From the NCBI GenBank assembly GCA_040954595.2, contig CM082582.2, positions 558,001-622,000 on the forward strand: a stretch of DNA of 64,000 nucleotides, given 5' to 3'. The notes under the pieces were generated by a model that was not told the origin of the DNA, did not search any database, and saw only the letters and a program-made list of their open reading frames with translations. This stretch comes from Balanoglossus misakiensis. Lineage: Eukaryota > Animalia > Hemichordata. How positions within the stretch are numbered: position 1 is the first letter of the stretch; each line of letters begins with the position of its first letter. Position numbers and translations under genes: made by a program. Shown here piece by piece: positions 24,801-34,600 of the stretch.

Positions 24801-25606
24801 TCATCCCTGACATGTTTACAGGTTTTAATAGAGTATCATGGTCTGTATTTGAGCAGAAAGGCCTGAATTTAAATCAGAAATTGAAGTGGTTAGGATTGAC
24901 ACTTTCTGTTCCAAACAAGTTAAAAAATTGTACCAAAGCACATAGTGTACATAAGCTTTGTATTTCATTGAATGGCACAATCTGTAATTTAGACACTTTA
25001 ACGAAAAAGAGTTTGAAATGTAATTTGAACGACCGTATTATAGAGACTCCAAAAAGTCAAGCAACACTGGAAAAAATGTTGAATATATTTAATCTAAACT
25101 GGGAAAAAATGTATGACTTCACTTACAAGTTATCAATACATTGTAAGGCTAGAGCTTTTCAATTTAAATTACTTCACAATATTTTGTATACAAACAAACA
25201 GCTAAACAGGTACAATCCACAGAAATTTCCAACTGCTCTTTGTGATTTATGTAAAGTGGAAACAGAGTCCATCGACCATTTATTTCATAGTTGCAATTGT
25301 ACTACTGCTCTCTGGAGGGACCTACTGTTTACGTTGGGTATCCCTCTTAAATTGAAAAAACCACCATCAGTGTTATGTATGGTTTTGGGTGACCCAAACG
25401 AGACTTTTATAGTCAATTTTATAGCAATGCAAGTTAGAATGTACATTTACTACTGTAAATTAAATAATCGAATTCCGAATATCACTGGGTTTATTGTTCA
25501 GCTCAAAAACATACATGAAATTGAACTTAAGATTGCAACTGCAAATCATAAAATGTATTTTCATCTTAAAAAATGGTCATCACTTATGAGGTATATAACA
25601 AACTGA
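21893..25606 (+). CDS. Intact ORF2: APE endonuclease + reverse transcriptase + C-terminal zf-RVT-type zinc finger (L1/Tx1 clade), 1237 aa
   Basis: Uninterrupted ORF with LTFNTRGL, LQETH, GGDLN, SRLDYFF, DSDH, GPGYWKFN, KSPGNDG, WRPISLMN, DFEKAFD, GVRQGDPLSP, FADD and CDLCKVETESIDHLFHSC. Confidence 0.96.
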   Translation: MDFSVLTFNTRGLRSFKKRKKLGCWLNSKNPTFTFLQETHSVKDDVHFWSTQFNGRCWFSHGTNNSRGVITIINNPNIIVNNSVTDDMGRFILIDVNLDNTPCILLNVYAPNIEKEHVIFLEEMYFLLVKYVTDPNTIVILGGDLNFTYNIALDRSGGNPKPWGKSIALLDRISDVFNLIDIWRVRHEEKRGFTWRRRRPYITQSRLDYFFISSDLQQQISSVQIIPGVDSDHSAVSLVYKSCQNERGPGYWKFNSSLIYDSTFKTILHDNIDEWISESTRLNDGVRWDFIKFKIRGFVIDYSKTVAKKRRQNLQNLELSVNFLEGLCSNHPTVQNYEMLESAKSDLEKVYDYITEGAVVRSRINWYEKGEKCNKFFLGLEKVNKRNSSISNLKKDEYTIIDNPKNILCEIKQFYAKLYSRCATNSNDVHYFLDANLPMLSENDKVLCEGPLTPGEVFSVLLSLPDNKSPGNDGLTKEFYVAFWPQVGNLVLNSLNYGYRTGEFSNSQKQSVITLIDKPGKDQLYLKNWRPISLMNVDMKLASKCLVKRIEKVLPCLIGDSQAAFVRGRNIGDYIRLIDEIFHHTCNADIPAILLAIDFEKAFDTVSWDYLYNTLSSFNFGVSFINWVKALYFNIESTVMNNGFGTGYFKLEKGVRQGDPLSPMLFILVLETLLHSIRNNRQISGINIGSVEIKESAFADDMTCFLSNENSVRIVFEMLTSFYNASGLKVNKDKTEAVWLGKWRLRKDEAFGVKWPTPTIKIVGIHLSYNEKIAQEKNIVTPVENLKKVLNMWKTRNLTIIGKVQVIKSLAISKLTYVLTHVIFPNEVIGRVHKLIYNFLWNGQDRVRRNVMIGEVGQGGLKMPNLDVMIKTKQVLLIKRLLNEECKHPWKHIVLHSLEKVGGKLLFKCNFRTNLLPVQVSSFINNCLVTWSEINIIPNTTDQVIWNNRNVLVGGKSVFYKAFCDAGFNFIPDMFTGFNRVSWSVFEQKGLNLNQKLKWLGLTLSVPNKLKNCTKAHSVHKLCISLNGTICNLDTLTKKSLKCNLNDRIIETPKSQATLEKMLNIFNLNWEKMYDFTYKLSIHCKARAFQFKLLHNILYTNKQLNRYNPQKFPTALCDLCKVETESIDHLFHSCNCTTALWRDLLFTLGIPLKLKKPPSVLCMVLGDPNETFIVNFIAMQVRMYIYYCKLNNRIPNITGFIVQLKNIHEIELKIATANHKMYFHLKKWSSLMRYITN

Positions 25607-28600
25607 GAATACCAGATTGTTTTTTTTTTTTTTCTCTTCTTTCCATTAAGTTATGCTTCCAAAAAATAATTGTCAATTTTTTTTTTTTTTTTTTTTTTAA
25701 ATCTACTTATGTATCAAAATGACTGTTTGTGTTCCCAATAAAAAGTATTAAAAAAAAAAAAAAAAAAAAAAAAGTCACAGCGGGTCAACACTCGACATTT
25801 GTTCCGGTAGGACTGCATTATTGCCTGTCAATTTATAGAGAAAGCCCAAATTTAACCAGGGCGTTTCAAACACCGACGTTAGTTGGGGGCACGGCCTGCA
25901 GTACTGCCGGGTAAGCTGACATCAGCGTACCGCATATAATGTAGGGGGGGGGGGAACAGAACGGTTAAATAATACATTTATCAGATATCAGCTAATTTTG
26001 GACAATCATCTAAAATGTAAATCATCTTTTCATATTTGGATATCTGATGATGTATGACATTTCCATTATATGTAAAAATGGTGCTGATTATAAAAATGCA
26101 CTCTGAATGAGCTGATTTAATGCAAAATTGCGTTTTATTCGTTTTTGCACCAAAAAGGTCATTTTTAGGCAAAACATTCTTTATTTTTTTAATTCGGTGA
26201 CCTGATCATATATAAACAATTGCTTGTATGTTAAAAGTTTTTATGACTTTTAAAAGCAGTGACACTGGCGGCATTCAACACGAAAATAACAATTTTAGCC
26301 ACAATTTGGTCAAAATGGTAAATTTTTGAAAATTACAAAAAATACCTGTTTTCTACATTTTCGGAAATCTGATGGAGTATAGAATGCTCTTCGTACGTAT
26401 ATATCGATACAAATTCCTCAAAAGACCGTCTAATTTGGCTCACTGCAGACAAAATTGCGTTTTACAAAATTTTCCTTGAAAATGTCATTTTTAGAAAAAA
26501 AAAATAAAAAAACCTTTTATCTTCGAATTTGGTGCCCTGATCATATATGACATGTTGATTGTATGTTAAAACTTTCGACCACTCCAAAAATGCAGAGATA
26601 TTGACGGAATTCAAGAAAAAATAGCCATTTTGGCCATATTTTGACAAAAATGGTAAATTTTTAAAAAATCATAAAAAATTAACTCTTTTCTTCATTTTCG
26701 GAAATATTATGGAGCATGAAGTGTCGTTCTCTTGTAAAAAGTGCTGCAAATTCCAGAAAAGGCGGTATAATTTGAATCACCCAAGACAAAATTACCATTT
26801 TCGACTTTTTTTCGAAAAATTGTCTTTTTTACAAAATAAATAAGAATAAATTCTTTTCTTAGTTTCAAACGGGTAGAGATACTTTCCACACGGGTTTTCT
26901 AACATTGAATTCCCGTTCATCAACTCAGATTTCCTACAGTATAAGTCGGCTAAAACCCTGAGACTTTAGAGCAGAAACAGTTGCACACTGGTAACGTTGA
27001 ACATGTCGATTTTTCTACGGCCTGGCTCGGCTAAATCTCCGTCACAATATGACAGACACTATCGTACGTTAGCAACGGTGATCAAGTCAGATTTTCAACG
27101 GCATGGGTTGGATAAAGCCCCGGCACTCTAGAGCAGAAACACGCGTACAGAGACCACGTTGATCAAGTCTGATCTCCTACGGCTTGGCTCGACCAAAACC
27201 CCGGCACACTATGACAGACACTAGCGTTCGTTAGCAACGTTGATCAAGTCAGATTTCCTACGGCATGGCTTTGCTAAAGCCCTGACACTCTAGAGCAGAA
27301 ACACGCGTACAGAGACCACGTTGATCTACTCACATTTCCTTCGGCCTGGCACGGCTGATGCCCCGGCACTATATATAGGACACAGACTGGCGTAAGTTAA
27401 CAACGGTAATCACGTCGGGTTTCCTACGGCCTGGCTCAGCTGAAGCCCCGGCACTCTAGAGCAGAAACAGGCGTACATTGACCACGTTGATGAAGTCAGA
27501 TTTCCTACGGCGTGACTCGGCTGGTGCACCGGCTCTATATGACACAGACTGGCGTAAGTTATCAACGGTGATTACGTCGGATTTCCTACGGCCTGGTTTA
27601 GCTGAAGCCCCGGCACTTTAGAGCGGAAACACGCGTACATTGACCACGATGATCAAGTCAGATCTCCTACGGCCTGGCTCGACTAAAACCCCGGCACACC
27701 ATGACAGACACTAGCGTTCGTTAGCAACGGTGATCAAGTCGGATTTCCTTCGGCCTGGCTCTGCAAAAGACCCGACACTCTAGTACAAAGACGTTGGCTA
27801 AGTCGGGCAAACCGAACAGGGAAAGTCACAGCGGGTCAACACTCGACATTTGTTCCGGTAGGACTGCATTATTGCCTGTCAATTTATAGAGAAAGCCCGA
27901 ATTTAACCAGGGCGTTTCAAACACCGACGTTAGTTGGGGGCACGGCCTGCAGTACTGCCGGGTAAGCTGACATCAGCGTACCGCATATAATGTAGGGGGG
28001 GGGGGGAACAGAACGGTTAAATACTACATTTATCAGATATCAGCTAATTTTGGACAATCATCGTAAATGTAAATCATCTTTTCATATTTGGATATCTGAT
28101 GATGTATGAAATTTCCAATATATGTAAAAATGGTGCTGATTATAAAAAATGCACTCTGAGTGAGCTGATTTAATACAAAATTGCGTTTTATTCGTTTTTG
28201 CACCAAAAAGGTCATTTTTAGGCAAAACATTCTTTATTTTTTTAATTCGGTGACCTGATCATAGATAAGCAATTGCTTGCATGTTAAAAGTTTTTATGAC
28301 TTTTAAAAGCAGTGACACTGGCGGCATTCAACACGAAAATAACAATTTTAACCACAATTTGGTCAAAATGGTAAATTTTTGAAAATTACAAAAAATACCT
28401 GTTTTCTACATTTTCGGAAATCGGATGGAGTATAGAATGCTCTTCGTATATATATATCGATACAAATTCCACAAAAGACCGTCTAATTTGGCTCACTGCA
28501 GACAAAATTGCGTTTTACCAAATTTTCCTTGAAAATGTCATTTTTAGAAAAATAAAATAAAAAAACCTTCGTTCTTCGAATTTGGTGCCCTGATCATATA

Positions 28601-31600
28601 TGATATGTTGATTGTATGTTAAAACTTTCGACCACTCCAAAAATGCAGAGATATTGACGGAATTCAAGAAAAAATAGCCATTTTGGCCATATTTTGACAA
28701 AATGGTACATTTTTAAAAAATCATAAAAAATAAACTCTTTTCTTCATTTTCGGAAATATTATGGAGCATGAAGTGTCGTTCTCTTGTAAAAAGTGCTGCA
28801 AATTCCAGAAAATGTGGTATAATTTGAATCACCCAAGACAAAATTACCATTTTCGACTTGTTTTCGAAAAATTGTCTTTTTTACAAAATAAATAAGAATA
28901 AATTCTTTTCTTAGTTTCAAACGGGTAGAGATACTTTCCACACGGGTTTTCTAACATTGAATTCCCGTTTATCAACTCAGATTTCCTACAGCATAAGTCG
29001 GCTAAAACCCTGACACTCTAGAGCAGAAACAGTTGCACACTGATAACGTTGAACAAGTCGATTTTACTACGGCCTGGCACGGCTAAATCTCGTCACAATA
29101 TGACAGACACTAGCGTACGTTTGCAACGGTGATCAAGTCAGATTTTCAACGGCATGGGTTGGATAAAGCCCCGGCACTCTAGAGCAGAAACACGCGTACA
29201 GAGACCACGTTGATCAAGTCTGATCTCCTACGGCTTGGCTCGACTAAAACCCCGGCACACTATGACAGACACTAGCGTTCGTTAGCAACGTTGATCAAGT
29301 CAGATTTCCTACGGCATGGCTCAGCTGAAGCCCCGGCACTCTAGAGCAGAAACAGGCGTACATTGACCACGTTGATCAAGTCAGATTTCCTACGGCGTGA
29401 CTCGGCTGGTGCACCGGCTCTATATGACACAGACTGGCGTAAGTTATCAACGGTGATTACGTCGGATTTCCTACGGCCTGGTTTAGCTGAAGCCCCGGCA
29501 CTTTAGAGCGGAAACACGCGTACATTGACCACGATGATCAAGTCAGATCTCCTACGGCCTGGCTCGACTAAAACCCCGGCACACCATGACAGACACTAGC
29601 GTTCGTTAGCAACGGTGATCAAGTCGGATTTCCTTCGGCCTGGCTCTGCAAAAGACCCGACACTCTAGTACAAAGACGTTGGCTAAGTCGGGCAAACCGA
29701 ACAGGGAAAGTCACAGCGGGTCAACACTCGACATTTGTTCCGGTAGGACTGCTTTATTGCCTGTCAATTTATAGAGAAAGCCCGAATTTAACCAGGGCGT
29801 TTCAAACACCGACGTTAGTTGGGGGCACGGCCTGCAGTACTGCCGGGTAAGCTGACATCAGCGTACCGCATATAATGTAGGGGGGGGGGAACAGAACGGT
29901 TAAATACTACATTTATCAGATATCAGCTAATTTTGGACAATCATCTAAAATGTAAATCATCTTTTCATATTTGGATATCTGATGATGTATGAAATTTCCA
30001 ATATATGTAAAAATGGTGCTGATTATAAAAAATGCACTCTGAATGAGCTGATTTAATACAAAATTGCGTTTTATTCGTTTTTGCACCAAAAAGGTCATTT
30101 TTAGGCAAAACATTCTTTATTTTTTTAATTCGGTGACCTGATCATATATAAGCAATTGCTTGCATGTTAAAAGTTTTTATGACTTTTAAAAGCAGTGACA
30201 CTGGCGGCATTCAACACGAAAATAACAATTTTAACCACAATTTGGTCAAAATGGTAAATTTTTGAAAATTACAAAAAATACCTGTTTTCTACATTTTCGG
30301 AAATCTGATGGAGTATAGAATGCTCTTCGTATATATATATCGATACAAATTCCACAAAAGACCGTCTAATTTGGCTCACTGCAGACAAAATTGCGTTTTA
30401 CCAAATTTTCCTTGAAAATGTCATTTTTAGAAAAATAAAATAAAAAAACCTTCGTTCTTCGAATTTGGTGCCCTGATCATATATGATATGTTGATTGTAT
30501 GTTAAAACTTTCGACCACTCCAAAAATGCAGAGATATTGACGGAATTCAAGAAAAAATAGCCATTTTGGCCATATTTTGACAAAATGGTACATTTTTAAA
30601 AAATCATAAAAAATAAACTCTTTTCTTCATTTTCGGAAATATTATGGAGCATGAAGTGTCGTTCTCTTGTAAAAAGTGCTGCAAATTCCAGAAAATGTGG
30701 TATAATTTGAATCACCCAAGACAAAATTACCATTTTCGACTTGTTTTCGAAAAATTGTCTTTTTTACAAAATAAATAAGAATAAATTCTTTTCTTAGTTT
30801 CAAACGGGTAGAGATACTTTCCACACGGGTTTTCTAACATTGAATTCCCGTTTATCAACTCAGATTTCCTACAGCATAAGTCGGCTAAAACCCTGACACT
30901 CTAGAGCAGAAACAGTTGCACACTGATAACGTTGAACAAGTCGATTTTTCTACGGCCTGGCACGGCTAAATCTCGTCACAATATGACAGACACTAGCGTA
31001 CGTTAGCAACGGTGATCAAGTCAGATTTTCAACGGCATGGGTTGGATAAAGCCCCGGCACTCTAGAGCAGAAACACGCGTACAGAGACCACGTTGATCAA
31101 GTCTGATCTCCTACGGCTTGGCTCGACTAAAACCCCGGCACACTATGACAGACACTAGCGTTCGTTAGCAACGTTGATCAAGTCAGATTTCCTACGGCAT
31201 GGCTTTGCTAAAGCCCTGACACTCTAGAGCAGAAACACGCGTACAGAGACCACGTTGATCTACTCACATTTCCTTCGGCCTGGCACGGCTGATGCCCCGG
31301 CACTATATATAGGACACAGACTGGCGTAAGTTAACAACGGTAATCACGTCGGGTTTCCTACGGCCTGGCTCAGCTGAAGCCCCGGCACTCTAGAGCAGAA
31401 ACAGGCGTACATTGACCACGTTGATCAAGTCAGATTTCCTACGGCGTGACTCGGCTGGTGCACCGGCTCTATATGACACAGACTGGCGTAAGTTATCAAC
31501 GGTGATTACGTCGGATTTCCTACGGCCTGGTTTAGCTGAAGCCCCGGCACTTTAGAGCGAAGAAAATGAAACTTCAGGCGACTACCAGGCCTAAATCTTC

Positions 31601-31648
31601 GAACACAATCATCGCATCGCATCTTTCATCAAGAAAAACAAATCGGAG

Positions 31649-34600
31649 ATGCGGACAACTACTACTAGTACTGGTAATGTAACGGGAAGCAGCCTCGGCA
31701 ACGCGACGCCTCGTAAAACAGTAACTCTACCGAAACTCCAGCTGCAAACTTTCTCAGGCAATGTAATAGAATGGTCGAGTTTCTTCGATGTATTCAAGTC
31801 TTCGATACATTCGGACACTAATTTGGACAACATTCAGAAGTTTACGTATTTGCGGAGTGTACTCAAAGATGAAGCAGCGAGAACAATCAACGGATTGCCA
31901 CTCACCGAATCAAACTACTCGCACGCGATTGACTTATTGACCGAAAGATACGGACAAACCCATCTCATAGTAGATGCTCATATGACCGCATTGTGGAATC
32001 TACAAAGCCCAACCGCCGACGTACAAAGTTTAAGGCATTTGTACGACTCGATTGAAAATCACGTTCGAGGTCTTCAGTTGCTGGGTAAGGAGGAAACCAC
32101 ATACGGCGAACTTTTGGTTCCAATAATACGGGAGAAATTACCTCCTAACATTCGAGAGCAGATAGCAAGAAAACATGGTAATGCTGCATGGACATTAGCA
32201 GATCTACGAAAAGCCATTCAACACGAGATAAACGCCCTTCAAGCCGGCAACCGGGTCGACGAGATAACAATGGCCACTACCAGAGAACCGGAAATAACCG
32301 CGTTTCACACGAAAACGCAGATGACAGGTAAACAGAAGTTTCGCGCCCCTGTCAAAACGTGCCCGTTCTGCAAAGGGTCACACTTCGCGTCAAATTGCAC
32401 TGTGGTAACTGATACGCGCGAGAGACTGGACATTGTGAAGAAGGACAGACTATGTTTTAATTGCTTTGGAAAACATAGAGTTGCGGAGTGTAAATCAAAA
32501 TACTCCTGCAGAAAGTGTAGGAAACGTCATCACTCTGCGCTACACTACGACGTTCCCACCGCTACAACGACGCCAACCGGAGAGTCGTCCTCGCCATCGC
32601 CATCATCAAGTACTTCTGATGTCAAAGTAACATTGACTAATACCGATACATTTACGGATAAGAAGATAAACACTGGGCCAGTGCTGCTGAAAACTGCGTT
32701 TGTACCACTGTCTGTCGGACGGGGAACCCCCATACATGCCGTCATCCTGTTTGATGAAGGAGCAAATAAGACATTCGTCACTGAGAGATTCGCCCGTCAG
32801 CTGTCCGCGAAAGCTACGCGGCACGAACACATAAAGTTATCGACCTTCGGTGGCAAGGATTCCAAAGTACGCACCATGGGATTCACCGAACTAACTGCTC
32901 ATGAACTGAACGGGAATACTTCAACTATTCACGCGATGATAATTCCAGAGATATCGTCGGACTTAACAAATCACATTTCTCAGGAAGTCCACAATATGAG
33001 CCACCTGAAAGGGCTACCATTCGCACATCCAGTTTCGAGTGATCAATCGTGGCCAATTGATGTTCTAATCGGAGCCGACCAATATTGGAATTTCGTGGGC
33101 TCACACGTTATTTCTGGCGCGTCCGGCCCCACTGCTGTGTCATCCAAATTTGGATACTTACTCTCCGGACCCCTCGGAACTCCCAAAGTGGATTCTAATG
33201 CGCATATCTTACACGTGATTTCTACTGCTGATACCAGTAACGTAGTTTCAGAGAACTCTATCAACGGACTGCATGGAGATCGCGCAACGGACATGTATAC
33301 ACAGATGGATAGTACTGCGATCGGCCGAGAACCACAGGTCCAAAATATGTGGGACCTTGAATTGATCGGTATTCAGGACAATCCAACAGTTGATGAACAG
33401 TTGACGTACGAGTCTTACAGAGACACGCACTTGAGAGTTGACCGAGGAAAATACGTAGCTAAACTACCGTGGAAGGAAGATCACCCTCCACTACCCACCA
33501 ACTACGATGTCGCCATGAAACGCACTCGTAATATGATACGCAGGTTACCCTCTGAACTCATCAAGAAATATGACGACATAATCAATGAACAGAGACGTCG
33601 CGACTTCATCGGAGAGGTTGACGAAGATGACGTGAATATCGGACACTATTTGCCACATCGTCCGGTGGTTAAGAATTCGACCACAACACCCATTCGCATC
33701 GTTTATGATTGCTCTTGTAAGAAGGATTCTAATTATCCAAGTTTGAATGATTGCTTGCAAACTGGACCGTCATTAATAAATGACCTGCCAGCGATTCTGC
33801 TGAGATACCGCGCCAATAACATTGCTTTCACAGCTGACATTGAGAAAGCATTCCTGAACATTCGGTTGGAAGAAGATGAGAGGAAATTCACGAAATTTCT
33901 GTGGCTGTCGGACATTAACGACCCAGAAAGTGACTTCATAACTTTGCAGTTTAAGTCTGTCTTGTTTGGAGCAGTCTGTTCCCCATTCATCCTCAATGCG
34001 GTTATCAAGACGCATTTAGAGAACAATAGTCAACTTCCCACCGCTGACAGATTGGGAAATAATATCTATGTTGATAATGTGATCGATGAAGTTGATACTG
34101 CAGAAAACGCCATGAAATACTACCATGAAGCCAATGAGTTGATGACATCAGGCGGATTCAAACTCAGAGCATGGTCTTCCAACTGTCAACAAATAAACGA
34201 ACTCGCTACATGTGACAATCTGAACGAACCCACCGAAGATGTATCCGTTTTGGGAATGCAGTGGTCAACAAAATCTGACGAATTGACTTACTCCAAAGTG
34301 GTTAATATGTCGTCGCGTGCCGAACTCGTGACCAAACGTGACATTGTCAGCTATGTGGCGTTGCTATTTGATCCGTTTGGATTTCTCGCCCCTGTAATGA
34401 TCAAAGCCAAATTGTTCATTCAGTTACTATGGAAACTGGAATTAGACTGGGATGAACCTATCAACGCAGATCTCTACACTCAATGGATGCACATCGCAGA
34501 AGATCTCAAAGACTCGCGAAACACGAAGATCGAACGACAATATTTTGATGAACTTGAAGGCGACAATGAATGCGAGCTACACGCCTTTGCAGACGCAAGC

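Larger units (their letters stand above)
21145..25773 (+). mobile_element. L1/Tx1-clade non-LTR retrotransposon, 5'-truncated, right copy
   Basis: TSD gtcacagcgggtca at 21131-21144 and 25774-25787; AATAAA near 25737 followed by poly-A. The truncation point is identical to the left copy. Confidence 0.95.
6566..26172. repeat. Giant imperfect inverted duplication (palindrome); the arms probably extend further with unit copy-number differences
   Basis: Mirror coordinates sum to 32727 (11582/21145, 12498/20229, 13203/19524, 14581/18146) and to ~32738 outside the retroelement. The innermost part sums to 35122 (17219/17903, 17437/17685). The unpaired spacer is 17438-17684. Confidence 0.95.

Noticed and set aside
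6950-25787. Two independent site-specific insertions of the retrotransposon
   Set aside because: Identical TSD, identical 5' truncation and mirrored flanks show one insertion copied by the inverted duplication.
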